DNA from: Lama glama
Lineage: Eukaryota
Assembly: GCA_028534125.1 (NCBI GenBank)
Contig: CM052828.1
Location: forward strand, 7,440,001 to 7,504,000
Reading direction: 5' to 3'
Length of the DNA stretch: 64,000 bases
The translations under genes and the position numbers were made by a program. The notes under the pieces are model-generated. The model did not search any database, had not been told where the DNA came from, and worked only from the letters and a program-made list of their open reading frames with translations. The stretch's first letter is position 1. Each line of letters starts with the position of its first letter. Positions 1-12,960 of this stretch are shown here, one piece after another.

Positions 1-279
1 TTTTCTGCCAGGTCTTAGGCCTGAACCTTAGCTGTTCATCAAGAAATGGTGCACTACCTGTGCCATGGGAATGTCAGTCTGATTTAATAAGGAAGAAGAC
101 ACTTGGTGCGCACGTGGTGCTGGTATTAAATAGATGTTCTACTTCCTTCCCTGGTGATCTCTTCAAGTCACCCTTCTTAGCAATCAGGTACTTGAGGAAT
201 GAGTGTCATGGTCACGGTTAGAAGGGAGATTATGGTCTTTGCTCCAGCCTTCAACAGAAATGCGAGGACAACCTGAGCA

Positions 280-500
280 GCATCCTTACTGAACACTCCT
301 CCAAAATCACTAGGGGGAGCACTTCACTGTTAGGCATCTTCCCACTCAGATTCTTAAACGATTCTTTTTTTTATTCTAATAGAATGGGATTTCTATCAGG
401 ATATCTTTGTAAGTTCCCACCCTTGGTCCTGTTCTCAGATGCTACATACGAAAACTCTTATTCCTCTTACCCATGGGAGACATTCAAATACTTAAAGTCA
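280..500 (-). mobile_element. L3/CR1 LINE fragment (ancient)
   Basis: tgtaagttcccacccttggtcctgttct...cattcaaatacttaaag resembles the antisense L3 3' ORF region; highly diverged. Confidence 0.5.
307..321 (+). promoter_or_regulatory. Candidate CTCF motif
   Basis: TCACTAGGGGGAGCA versus core CCACTAGGGGGCGC; motif only, no binding evidence. Confidence 0.4.
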
Positions 501-1569
501 TGAATCTGCTCCTGTAAAAAAAAAAGAAAAAGATTACTTAAATTGTGCATCAACTATATAGAATAAACCATGTAAACAGTTGTTTTGAAGCCTTCATTTC
601 AAGTTAAAAATAAGAAAAAAAATTGGAAGAAATTAGAGATATTCATTTGGAGAAATATCTACAATTTGAGCTGAAGGTTTGCACTTCCTATACGATTGTT
701 TGGAAGTTATCCACTTTAGAATGGTTAAATGTACTCTTTTGAACTTGAGGGGTGGTTTGTGAACATTTCCTAGCTCTGAATTATCAGGATCCCTAACTAT
801 CTAGATCCTGAGGTCAGATTTTGAGAAAAATAAAAGAATAAATCGCTCTTAAGAGTATGGACTTACTTTTGAAAGACGATTTGATGCCTAAAAGGAAAAC
901 CCATATTTTCTCCTAGAAGAATTTCAGTAGTGATTTAGTGACAATAATGTGACTGAAACTGTTGTTCCCAAACAATGAAAAAAGCAAAAGCCTCTTCTCA
1001 ATAGTGACTAGAAAATCCTTGATGATTTTAGACATGTCATAAATATAGTCCTAAGGAAACTGTTGGGAAAGGAGCATCTTGTTTTCTTTGTTTATATACT
1101 GGGAAACAAGAACACTTACCACTTTAAAACTGGGAAGTTGTAACTTACATGATGACATAGTTCCTGAAGTAAGCTGGAATCCTCAGGATCCAAGAACGCA
1201 GACACCTAATCGCAGCAGCAAACACTCAAAAGTGTTTGTTCAGTCTTAGAAATAATACATGGTGGTGATTTCTGGGCTCAACTGGTGTAAGTTATCGCCT
1301 GATGGCAGCTTGCAAATACAGATGAACACAGCAAATTGTGCACCATCTCAGGACTGCTGAAGCCAAAACTCATACATTTCCTTAAACTCTGCTGAACCAG
1401 CATATTAGAAACTCCACAGAAAATTTTCTAGTTTACAAATAAAAAATACATTATATCATACCAAAAAGTATTTCAGATGCCTAAACCTGAAATCCATGAT
1501 TGTATTAAGTTAAGGGATTTTATTTCTTAGAAGACTTTTTGCATCAAGAACATATAAAAGAAAGTGCAG

Positions 1570-1745
1570 AGTCATGGACAGAGAATGAACTGGCATCTCA
1601 GGAGGCTCTTCCACCCTTAAATGGGTGACCTTGGACAAAGCACTAAATGGCTATTGAGTCTATGTCCTTATTTGTAAAACGAGAAAATAACTCCTGCCTT
1701 AACTATCCCTAGGTGTGTCCTGACAATCAAATCAGAAAATTCGTA
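1570..1745 (+). mobile_element. MIR SINE
   Basis: gggtgaccttggacaaagcactaaa...ccttatttgtaaaacgagaaaataac matches the MIR core. Confidence 0.7.
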
Positions 1746-1753
1746 ACACAGCA

Positions 1754-1882
1754 GGGGAGGGTATAGCTCAGTGGTAGATTACATGCTTAGTTAGCATGCA
1801 AGAGGTCCCAGGTTCAATCCCCAGTATCTCCATTAAAAAACTAAATAAACCTAATTACCTCCACCCCCCAAAACAAACAAAC
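1754..1882 (+). mobile_element. tRNA-derived SINE, camelid Vic-1-like
   Basis: A-box TAGCTCAGTGG, B-box GGTTCAATCCC, then aaataaacctaattacctcc and an (AAAC)n tail; homologous to the copy at 15722. Confidence 0.85.
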
Positions 1883-1884
1883 AT

Positions 1885-2170
1885 CTTCATAGACCTCACA
1901 TTCCAGTAGAGATAGGAGTAAAAAGAAAGTCATACTAACAAAATTATAATACAAGTTAATATTAAGAAAGAAACTAACAGGGGGCAGAGAGAACAAATAG
2001 ACAGGGGTGGTACCTTGGATAGAATGATCAGGGTGGGTCTTCCTAAAGAGGTGAGACTGAAATTAAGACATAATAAGTTGGGGAAGGATAATGGCAAGGA
2101 TCCTGCTAAAGAACACAGGTGCAGCTTTTGGCTTGATAAAGACTGATGAGAAGTGGGAAAGCAAGAGGAA
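1885..2170 (-). mobile_element. L2 LINE fragment
   Basis: ctcacattccagtag...gatcagggtgggtcttcctaaagaggtgagactgaa is typical antisense L2. Confidence 0.6.
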
Positions 2171-2215
2171 AGAGAGTTCTGGAAATATTTGTACCTCATT
2201 TCTGCTCTCATGATT

Positions 2216-2348
2216 CAGTGGTGTTTCCCAAACTGGTGTGGATGTGTTTCAATATTTTCATAGTTAGCATGGTTGTACTACAGAAAACAGGATAGGCATT
2301 AGTCTTGAGAATTGGTATTTTCCTAAACATACTTTGGAAATACACTCT
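2216..2348. mobile_element. hAT-Charlie-type MITE remnant (MER5/MER112-like)
   Basis: TIR-like ends gtgtttcccaaa ... tttggaaatacac. Confidence 0.35.
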
Positions 2349-2569
2349 ATGCAATAACATGGAAACAGAAAACAGAAGGCATTTTTGACAAATGGGAAAT
2401 AAATTTGCTGGCTTATAGAGGAGAGTTTGGGATGATGTTTGGTTCCAGATAAAGTTTGATGAGCATTCTGGGCAGACAGTGGAAAGCTCTGAATGTTGTT
2501 GTTGTTGTTGATTTGTTTTGTTTTGTTTTTAACATAGTGAGTGTATTATTATTTTTATTTTAAAAATCT

Positions 2570-3048
2570 TATTTTTTCCAGCTTTGTTAGAATAGTACTG
2601 ACATACAACACATGTAAGTGTAGGGTATACAGTATGGTGATTTGATATACATATATACTGCAAAATGACTCCCACAGTAAGATAACATCTCTATCCCCTC
2701 ATATAATTATCTTTTTTGTGTGTGCATGGTGTAGTAATATTTAAGATCTACTCTATTAACAACTTTCAAGTATATAATATAGTAGTGTTAATTTTAGCCA
2801 CCATGCTGTACGTCAGTTCCCCATAACTCCTTCATCTTAAAGGTTTGTACCCTTGAACCAACATTTCTCCATTTCATCCCACCCCAAGCTTCTGGCAATC
2901 ACCATTCTGCTCTATCTCTGTGCGTTCATCTTTTTAAGATTCTGTTTATAACTGAGAACATACAGTATTTGTTTTTCTCTGACTTATTTCACTTAGCACA
3001 ATGCCCTCAAGTTCTATCCATGGGTTATAAAAGGCAGAATTTCCTTCT
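2570..3048 (-). mobile_element. LINE-1 3' end (L1MA8-10-like), runs into assembly gap
   Basis: atttaagatctactct, ctggcaatcaccattct and gacttatttcacttagcacaatgccctcaag are diagnostic of antisense L1 3'UTR/ORF2 end. Confidence 0.9.
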
Positions 3049-3266
3049 NNNNNNNNNNNNNNNNNNNNNNNNNNNNNNNNNNNNNNNNNNNNNNNNNNNN
3101 NNNNNNNNNNNNNNNNNNNNNNNNNNNNNNNNNNNNNNNNNNNNNNNNNNNNNNNNNNNNNNNNNNNNNNNNNNNNNNNNNNNNNNNNNNNNNNNNNNNN
3201 NNNNNNNNNNNNNNNNNNNNNNNNNNNNNNNNNNNNNNNNNNNNNNNNNNNNNNNNNNNNNNNNNN
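3049..3266. other. Assembly gap (N run)
   Basis: 218 Ns. Confidence 1.
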
Positions 3267-3749
3267 GATTCTGGATGTTAAGTGTATTTTTTATTCACTG
3301 TAATGTTGACACTAGCATCTTAACTCTTCTGGTGGAGACAGATCCTGAGAGCTCCCTCTGCATCCCAGTTGCCTTGGCCCATCACCGGCCCCCTTTACCA
3401 CCTCCCCATGATCTGGGACATGCCTGGTATTGCAGAGGGCCTTCCAGGACCTTTCTGACATCCATTCTGATTAGGTAGTGTTTATTCATTATTGGTTGTT
3501 AAATATTTTGAATGTCACTTCTCTTAGTTCCATAGAACTATTACAGAAAAAACAATCTGTGTTCAAAAAGGTTGAGACATAAGAGAGAGATGTAAGAGTC
3601 AGTGCCTCCAAACGTGCTTGGGAGACTCTTCACTCCTAAGTAGCAGCTTATGGGCCCAGAGAGCCACAGAGTTAACTTCAGGAAACACTCTTGATCTGTT
3701 TCAATGATCTTACTTGTCTTCTTGTCTTAAATTCCTCCCCTCTGTAAGC

Positions 3750-3900
3750 CATCTCTATCTTGCTGCCTTAGCTACTTTCCTAAAACACAGCTATGGTGAG
3801 GTTATTTTCCTGCTTACAAACTTGATAATTTCTCATGTCTGCAGAACACAGGTCAGACTCCTTATCATAGAGCTTCCAAGACTCTTTGCACACTGTCACC
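3750..3900 (+). mobile_element. L2 fragment
   Basis: tttcctaaaacacagct...cctgcttacaaac...cagactccttatcatag. Confidence 0.55.
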
Positions 3901-4834
3901 CATCCAATGAGTCCACCCTCTTCCCAGCTCTCATGGTGATTTGTTTACATTTAGACCATTTATCCCAAATTGTGTCATTGTTGGCCAGCCCCGTCCATAT
4001 CCATCTCCTCCATCCGACCATGAGTTCTGCTGGAAGCACATGGTGCCCATTCTCTAACATCCACTCTGCCCTCTCCCAGCTCCCCAGTGTCTGCCTTCAT
4101 ACCTCGCCCCCAGGTTTGCTGTAGTTTTGTCAACCTAGGCTAACCAGGAAAAAACTCCTGTTGTTGCAAGAGCCCTGGAGGAGACTATTGTGTTCAGGAC
4201 AGCTGCTGGCCCTGAATAGTCGTGGGGCCTGAGCAAGTTGCCTAGATTAGAGGCCCCATTTCTCCAAAGGATTAGTGAGGAGTCCAGCCCAAGGCCAGCT
4301 TCTCTGCAGTCTCTTGTCTAATCTTGTACGTATAAGAATACATTGGAATATTCTTTCATCTGTGCTGTCGGACCCATCTGACATGCTCTGGAAAAGCTAC
4401 TGCCCTTTCCTTCCATTGTAAGTGCATTTTCCAGGGAGAAGACCTAGGCGTCCTTACTCTAAGCTTTCTGGCCACTTTGGTTTTATAGCAAAGGTGATCT
4501 AGGAAGCTTTTTCTATAAATAAACCGTCAGAGCTACATGGGAGAAATCAATACACGGACGGGGGTGACAACTAGAAATCCCACTGCCTTGAGTCACATGA
4601 CCTTCCTTCTCACTTGGAGAGCCTCCTGCATTCAAGCCCCATGTCCAGGCCCAGGAGGCCCTTAGTATGTAAATAGGATCACTTTTGCCCTGCCTTAAGT
4701 TTACCAATGATCAGTGATGCTTTTAGGATCATGTTTAAGTGATTGGATGAGTGGCTCTTCATGATTTGATCCCCGTCCCTCTCTTCTGGCCCCTCATTTA
4801 TTCACTTCTTATTGTTGTCCATAAAATCACTAAC

Positions 4835-5021
4835 TGTTCCCTATAAAATATAGGGCTCCCAGTTAAATTTGAGTTTCAGATAAATAACAAATAATGTTTT
4901 AGTACAAGGATATTCCCAATATTGAATGGGACACATTTATACTAAAGTATTATTATTTTTAACCTGAAATTCAAACGTAATTGGGCATCCTGAATTTTTA
5001 TTTGCTAAATATGGGAACCCT
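4835..5021. mobile_element. MER53 palindromic DNA element, inserted in an L2
   Basis: cccagttaaatttgagtttcagataaataac ... cctgaaattcaaacgtaattggg...tttgctaaatatgggaaccc; fold-back structure. Confidence 0.85.
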
Positions 5022-5370
5022 ACCTATCATACCATGTGGTCTCAAGAGCTCTGGCCTTCTCCCTGCTGTCACTTCCCCTGAACACTTTCTCCTCCTGCCT
5101 CACATCCATACATCATTCAGGACTCCTTCCCTTTCCTCTGAAGATCCCCCATCACCTTCCATTTCAATTTAGATAATTCTCTGTGGTACCCTGGGCCTAT
5201 TTCTAATAAGAGTCCTTATAAAAATCTATTGTAATTGCTTATTTGAATATTTATCTGACTCAGTAAACTAGATGTTTCTTGAGGACAGGATCCATAGTCT
5301 ATTCTGTTTATCTCCAGAAACTTGAGTGGCTGGCACATAATAGCTGTTTAATAATGTTTGTTTGACAAGC
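5022..5370 (+). mobile_element. L2 3' end
   Basis: ttcttgaggacagg...tggcacataatagctgtttaataatgtttg. Confidence 0.7.
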
Positions 5371-6309
5371 CAAATGGTGTCATCTTAGTAGCTTTCTAAA
5401 GCACATAGAGAGAAACATATGGCCAGAGGCCTAGATTTCCAGGTGGAAGGAGAAAAGGGTGCCAGACATTGAAACTGCTAACTAATTTCCAGATGGTCAC
5501 ACTCACAGGGATTTCAAGGGACTGTAGCAAGAATGCAGACCACAGACACAGCAAGAGGGCCCTTTGAGAAGGCACAGTCAGAAAGATAATGTCCAGCTGG
5601 CAGAGATTTAGCACATGGAGATGAGACACGAGACAAAACATAGTCAGGAAGCCTTTCATGTCAGTGTCCTCACAGAAAAATGTCTTAGAATGATGAGAAT
5701 TTGACAGCAAAGAAAAGATGGATTCCTTAGTTGACAATTAAACATGAGCTTTCCCAGGAAACCTTTTCTTCTCTAAGACTTTTAGCAAAAGAGAGGGGAT
5801 GGGAACATCTCACCACATCTGTCTTAACAAAACTGTTCCCATAAGCAACAGTCCACAGCACAGGCATGAACAGTTGCTTCGGAGCACGTGGCAGACCCTC
5901 CTCCTGCGTATTCAAGGGAGTGGAGTGTCCTCCTGTCTGGTGGGAGTGACGAGCGCTTTCGAAGGCAGGTAGCAACTTTTCTGTTTCCTTTGTGAAATGG
6001 GAGAACTGTGAGGAGACTTATGCAAGGGGAAGCCTGATGGATCTGCCAGCGAAAGGAAAAGAGGAACACAGGCTGTCAACACTTATCAATGTCTTATGAT
6101 CCCAGCTCATCCTTGGTTTAACTCATTTTAAAATCAGAATCTTTCTCCCACTTTTCTGTCATCTTGCCTCCTTTTTCTTCTCATCTATGTACTTCTGTTC
6201 CTCTGCCCTACTCCCCAAGTGAATGGTTTTTGGTTTAGTAGATCTTTAATAATATATGAGCTACTGTCTTACACTTACAGAATAAATATTAAGATCCTGA
6301 AAAATATTC

Positions 6310-7060
6310 ATAGTTCTCATAGCACTCTTCTTCTAGGAATTCTCCTAAGGAAATTATTGGAGGCTCAAAGAACATAGAGATTTATGTTCAGCGATGCTAA
6401 TTACAATACTGTTATAATAGATAAATCTGAGACATTTATGCATTGAAATACTATACATTTATTAAGATAATATTTTCTAAGGACAGTTAATAGCAGAGGG
6501 AGATGTTTGTGATTACTATCATAAGTGCCAGAATAAAAGACTCTTAAGTTCCAAATAGTGTAACATATATATTACACATCTACATATATACGTGTATGTA
6601 TGTGTACATGTAACACAAAGTGTAACATATATGGTGCATGATTTGAGCGGATGAGAAACAACAGAGCATTGAAATTAGAAGCATTAGACTTGGAAACTCA
6701 AAGATTTGGGCTTACCACTTTTTATTTAAGATCCTGGGAATTTACTGGGCCTCAGAACGTCATTGTCAAATAAGGATAATAGTAACTGTCTTACAGAGTG
6801 ATTTTGTGGGTTTATATGAGAAATCACTTGTCAAATGCCTAGTATAGCCTTACTACATAGTAAGCATTCAATAAATGATATTTTTATAAAATACATAAAA
6901 ATCTAAAATATTACTACCGACATATATATGCATATACAAATATAAAATATTAACATGTTATCACTAGGTAGTGTTTTTACACATTTTTAAATTTATTCTC
7001 CATGCATTTTCATTTTAAAAATTACTCATAGTGAATATACTAGAATTAAACTATTATATT
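6310..7060 (+). mobile_element. Old L1ME 3' fragments flanking a MIR (about 6680-6880)
   Basis: cttctaggaattctcctaaggaaat is L1-like; catagtaagcattcaataaatg is the MIR tail. Confidence 0.6.
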
Positions 7061-8751
7061 AAATAAATTGACATAAAGCTTGCAACAGCTAAGACATTTC
7101 TTCAGCAATAAAGGATGTGGGGTTTTTTTGGTCTTTGTTTTATCTTCATAGGCATGATGAAAAAGATCTAGGGATATTGTCAAAAATATGTGAAGATCAA
7201 ATAGGGACTCTGTGTACCTCAATACTTCCTGGCAGAGAATGAAGTTTCAAAATAGCTTTTGCCTACTTAAGCAAAACCTTAGCTCAGAAAGCCAGTCTGT
7301 AGGCATTATGTATGTGTTTGTGTTATACTTGTAAAACTTAATTAATACTACCTACCAGTGAGATAGTGTGGTTTCTGAGAATCACGCTCTGCAGCAAGAC
7401 CACCAAATTAATTATGTGTGAGTAGTGGGAGCCACGCTTAGTAATGCAGGGCAGGATAGATCTTTCTCTAGTTACACGCCTGATGGAAAACCTTGAAAAG
7501 CCTCACAGAGCAGCCTGATTCATTTAGGGACATTTTCCGTTTGCTTGTTGACGTTTCCTCCTTCCTCTGTTGCTATCACGGACTTTTGGGCTTAACTGAC
7601 TTGTATCTGTTCTTCTGCATTCATTTCTGTCTGAGAAATGGCAGTTAATACTGAGAAAGTGAGCGTGTCATCACAAAGAACACTGAGATTGAGGGAGGAA
7701 TTCACAGCAGCTGCAGCAGCTTAAACCTTACTGACAAGAATCCCCCCAACCCCCCCCCGACCAAAGGCAGTTTTGTTTGTCCAGTGTAACAAAGGTTATT
7801 ACTGCTTCATTCATAATGAACTTCAGGTCCAAGATCTGGTGTGATAAAATGATGGAGCGTCTCAGTCCAGAAAGAAATATTGTTACTATGTGATATGGTT
7901 ACTGTTATTAGTTACACAAGTAGTAAAAACAAGCTCCGAAGCACCTCCTGACATGTACCCTCCTGCAAGCTATGAAAAGACTTCTCCTTTCTGTCTTCTG
8001 CCCCCATCCATCATGCTGGTCTTAGCATCACTGTAGTATATTAATTTATGAAATCACTGCAGTCTCTCTAAAATTGTTTGTCCTGCTGCTGGCCTCTCTG
8101 TATTCAAATCAGCTCTTCCACTGAGACTCAACTATGTTATACACTCATTACCTTAGTTACAGCTTATAATTTAGACAACACGATAATTCAGGAAACATTA
8201 ACAAGTGGAATGTTTATAAAAAGGAGGCAGTATCATCATTGTTTTCACAGAAGGAGTTGATTTTATGCTTAGAGGATTCATGAAGTAGGAGAGATACAGA
8301 ATAAACATTCCAAAATCTGGAACTTTTTTAGCAATAATCATTATAAATTGTAATGAAAAAGATATGATTTGCAATAGTTGTTCTTCTGTGAGCCAGATGG
8401 ATGCGGATTCCAATCAGGTAGGGGAATAACACATTCCCCAAACCTGCCTCTCACTTTGAGTCCTGGGCCCCTAAACCATTCAGGTTTTGTTCAGAGTTTC
8501 AGAAGGTGGATTTTGAAAAAGTTCCCACCAGTTTCCGACCATGGGAATTACAGTGAGTGAAATTCACAGGGGAATAAACATCATAACGTCTTCCCCATCC
8601 TCATTTCCTCCTAAGAACAAACATTTTCCCCAGATGTTAACTGAGTTGGTTGCCTCCAGATATACAGTCTTTTACTTTCTCATCCCAAAGCAGATTTATC
8701 TGCTTTGGCCACATCACCATTTGGGAAGCATAATGTTTTGTTTAGGAGGAT

Positions 8752-9194
8752 TGTAGTGGCAGCCCCCCCCCCAAAAGATAAGCCCCATGTCCTATTCTTC
8801 AGAACATGTGAACATGACCTTGTTTGGACAAGGGACTTTTGTAAATGTGATTGAGTTAAGGATCTTGAGATAAGGTCATCCCAAATTATACCAGTGGGCC
8901 CTAAATCTAATGACAAGTATTCTTACAAGAGACACACAGAAGAGGGACAGATAAAAGAGGAGGCAGTGTTGCCATGGAGGCAGAGACAGGAGTGATGTGG
9001 CTACAAGACAAAAAAATGCCACTGGAGCTGGAAGAGACAAGGAACAAAGTCTCCTCTGGAAAAGCACACTCCTTTGCAGTGTGCTGCAGCCCTGCTGACA
9101 CCTCTGGCCTCTAGAATTGTGAGCCGGGTAAGTTTTCTTCTTTTAAGCTACCTAGTTTGTGGTCGTTTGTGACAGCAGCCACAGGAAACTTAAA
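8752..9194 (+). mobile_element. MaLR solo LTR (MLT1C-like)
   Basis: gttaaggatcttgagat...ggccctaaatctaatgacaag...ccctgctgacacc...tttgtgacagcagccacaggaaact. Confidence 0.9.
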
Positions 9195-9199
9195 ACTAG

Positions 9200-9370
9200 A
9201 AGATTCTAGAGTTAGCAGACCAAGGTACCAGTTTTGGATCTGCTCTGGCCCTGGGCAAGTTGTAAAGCTCTCTACAACTCTCATCTGTAAAATGGAGATG
9301 ATAATAATAGTATATCCCTCAGAAGGCTGTTGTGAGAATTAAATAAGATGTCTATACATTATTATCATTG
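9200..9370 (+). mobile_element. MIR SINE
   Basis: ctcatctgtaaaatggagatgataataatagta...gttgtgagaattaaataag. Confidence 0.8.
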
Positions 9371-9379
9371 CATCTGTAT

Positions 9380-9714
9380 AGTTAAAAGGCCAAAGGAGGG
9401 GGTTTGCCTTGCTAAAAAAATAAACTTACTAAAAATTGATTGCAATCTGGCAGTGCCAAACAGGAAGTGATTAGAAGCATCTCTCTGACAGGAGTTCAGG
9501 GAAAGACTGCTAGAGAAGGTGTGGAAGCAGAGAAAGGAAACCATGTGATGGGCTACAGCTGAAAGGCTGGTTGGCTGTTGTGATGGGCTGTCCTTAGCGT
9601 TTCAATTTCATAACCTTGAGGCCTTTACAGGCTTAGGTTTTGGTTTGCTCATGAAGGCTCCATGGCGTTAGAGCCTCCTCAGTCTAATGGGCTCCTTGTT
9701 TAACTAATTTAACA
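9380..9714 (-). mobile_element. Probable ERV1-class solo LTR (family not determined)
   Basis: Reverse strand starts tgttaaattagttaaac...gcaaaccaaaacctaagcctg, typical of ERV1 LTR 5' ends. Confidence 0.5.
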
Positions 9715-10639
9715 GCCTGTACAAGGGAAGAGTGTCCCTAAACGTGCGGAGTCACCGCCTCTTGCTGGACAGAGACTCCCTTTGGCATTCAGAAGTCAGC
9801 TTTGCCTCAGCTTCTACTCAGCCCATTTTCAAGTATCAGTTTTCAAGCTGTGAAACCCTCTAAGGGCCTACTTGGAACGGCCTGTCCTTGGCCTGACTTC
9901 TCTCTTATCTTTTAGCCCGAGAAAGTTCGCATATACTTTCCGAGTTGCCTGGAATGTGCTGACTTCTGCCCACCCTGTAGCCAGGCGTCAGCAGCTGGTC
10001 TCAATATCATTTCCTGAGAAAATCTCCAATCTGCAATCATATCCACCAAACCCTCTGCTTCGCTTTCAAAGCACTCATCTCACAGTTGGACTTGGGTCTT
10101 GCTCAGAAGAAATTAAGCTCCGTGACTCAGGGTCAGAAAGCTTTGTCCCCACATGGATTCCCACATCTAGTTCATCTTCTGGTCCTCAGTTGTATGTCGT
10201 CAATAGACTGCCTATGCCTCCATGTAATAAAAGGGATACTGTCATTTTCTCTTCTTTAGCTTTGGTCTGCCATTTCTTGGCAGGAGTAAATATCTGACAT
10301 GTATATTTTGCTTTTCTTAAAAGCAAGATAGCTTAGGGACTTAACAGACTCAGTGAAAAATATTACATTCAGAAATGATCACTCTGAGTCCTCAGCCCTT
10401 CTTTCAGATAATTCATAACCCTGCAAAGTTAATGCGAATTTCTGTGGCAGCAAAGACACAAGCCTTAGTTTTCTGATAAACCAATGTGCAATTAAATTTG
10501 TTTCCCAGGAAAATTTTGTAGGAAAAAGACATTAGGAATGAGCTAAAGTTACCAATTTTATTGGCGTGCTGGTGAGATCAAATCAAGAGAAGCGAAGGAA
10601 ATGTCATTCCCTTCAAATACATTGGTAGTATTTCCAATC

Positions 10640-10940
10640 CCATATGTTGCTCAGTCCCAGCCCCTTGAGATGATCTATGAAAAACAGCTTCCTGAGCAAA
10701 GAGTTTCAGAAATACAACTGTTTATAACCCTCTTTGAAGAGTATAAAATAAATTAGCATATTACTTGCTTTGCAGTGTCCTAATGTTAAGAAATCAATTT
10801 AGTTTGAGCCAGTGATTCCTAAACTGTTTAAACCAGTTCGCAAACTTATACAACCACAAACTTTTTTTTTGACAAGTCACACCTATCAACATTCCGAGGA
10901 AATCAAGTACTTTGGAAAATACTTTGAGAAATTCTGTAGT
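10640..10940. mobile_element. hAT-Charlie DNA transposon remnant (MER103C-like)
   Basis: ccagtgattcctaaact...tactttgagaaattctg; similar to the element at 39660. Confidence 0.5.
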
Positions 10941-12502
10941 AGTGTAATGATGATGGGCATAAAATTTTTAAATTATGTGATAAATGTGTAAGAATTGTTA
11001 CTACACTTGGAAGGTAATCCTGAGTTGGTTTTGCTTCTTAACCACTGTGTTGAGTCAATACCTTACGTCTAAAGTCACTTTTCAATCCTTTCAAATGTGG
11101 CCAAGGACTTATGTACCAGGTGATATTTTAACTGTATGACCATAGATTAAGTTGACAGAATGAAGGACAGCCACAATTTGGCTAAAGCTTAGATTACTTT
11201 GTCTTCAGTAACAATTAAAAGTTTTTCTAAGTGCCTTCTATGTATAAATTACTTAATAATCAGTAGAAGAATAAATATCCAACATTGTCAAAAATTGTTC
11301 TCAGATTTATAAAATTATTGTGAGGACCAAACCAGCAAAATTAAGAGCGGACACTTTATAAATTGTAAAGTACTTAGCTAAGCATTTTGCCACTATATTG
11401 GGTACAAACCTTTCAGCAAGGCAGATTGTCATCAGCATCCTGGAAATTGCCTCTCACGTTGTCTTGGAAGTTCTGGTTACTAGAGAGAAGAGACACAGAA
11501 CAAGGCTCTGAAATTTTATCTTGACAAATCCGGCTGCAAGGCAGCTTGTTCCTAGGACCTGAGATTTCATCTGAATACTGATGCTGGCATTGTGTTGACT
11601 TTACCAAGTCAAGCCTGAGCACTCAGGCTTGCGGTTCACCCACCGTACAAATTTTCTTCATTACTGCCATGTCCTCACATTCTGAAAGTCTGCCTTGCAA
11701 GAAATTACACACATTTGAACACTGTCAACAAATGAGATCTGACGAGTACACATTTTGCAGCAATGGGGTTTGGAATCTGGACTTTGATTGCCTTCAGCTC
11801 CTGATGATATCATATCACAGACTCCTCATGTGATATATTAAGTGTCCTTCCTTTTTGAGGAGACATGGGGAATCAATAAGAAGTGAGAATTTTTAACAAG
11901 CTGGAGCACCTTAAAGCTGAGGCAGTTAGTTAATGAAGCTTGGCACGCCACCTTTCTGAGGGTGAACCTTAGAAACTGTGAGAAACAATCTGCCGTTTTC
12001 TTGCAGAGACTGGGAGGCTCTCCACCCACGTGAGTAACTTCTGAAGGGTAGTCCAGATAAGCATGTTCACCAACTGGCACCCAGGAAAATCCCAGCATCC
12101 TCTTTGATGTGTATAGGACAAAGCCCCGTCAAAATACTTGAGCGACCATTTCTAGGGAGCGGCGGTGAAATCACAGTGCGCAGTTTGTTACAGACTTGAG
12201 CTCTTGTGACGTAACTTCCATTTAGACAGTAGAAATGCAGGTTTGCGAATGATGTTCTCCAATGGTACAGCGCCACAGGAAGGTTCAGATTTGAAGTCAG
12301 AAGGCTTATCTCTAAACCCAAATTCTTTCTGGGACTAGCTAGAGACTGGTTGTTATTGGCGGTGACGAAGGGAGGTCAAACTTCCCTGGGCCTTAGTTTT
12401 TCCCCCAGTAAAACAGAAAAAAAAGGCCCTGTCCAACCTACTCCACAAAGATAGTGACAACTGTAGAAAATGCGTATGAGCTTCCTTTGTGGATTTAAAT
12501 GG

Positions 12503-12900
12503 TTGTCTTAGTTTGGATTCTCCTGAGACAAGAATCTGGGCTGTAGTAACTTACATGGAAGGTAATTCCAGGAAATACCAGTAGGGGAAGGGGAAAGAGG
12601 CAGTATTGGGCTTGGTTTCCAAAAAATTACCATTATGCACAACTGACAATCTTCCTTGGGAACTCTAGGAAGCAGTGTAGGACACACATCTCAGCGTTGT
12701 CTCACCTGAGGGTTGGTTCTACTGGCTGCACAGAGACCAGTTCCATTCAGCCATGAAGGAAGGCTGTCCTACGGGAGGGGAGATTAATTCTTGACGCTTC
12801 AGCCTGTCACACGTGTGAGTTGACTGGCTTTAGAGGAAGCCAGGGAAAGCCCTTAGGCAAAGAGATGTTGGCCCTAGTAGTTGGAAGTAGTCTAATGTGC
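12503..12900 (-). mobile_element. ERVL LTR (LTR33-like)
   Basis: tgtcttagtttggattc...ctgagacaag...ggaaggtaattccaggaaataccagtagggg. Confidence 0.7.
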
Positions 12901-12946
12901 ACTTAAATGGGGACGACCAGTGGAATATGCACTGAGTATTAACATT

Positions 12947-12960
12947 TGTGTATATATATA

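Noticed and set aside
1754-1832. tRNA gene
   Set aside because: A and B boxes are present, but they are followed by a SINE body and tail shared with 15722, and the cloverleaf is disrupted
2969-3478. ORFs spanning N gaps (also 54961-55498)
   Set aside because: Artefacts of translating through Ns and antisense L1
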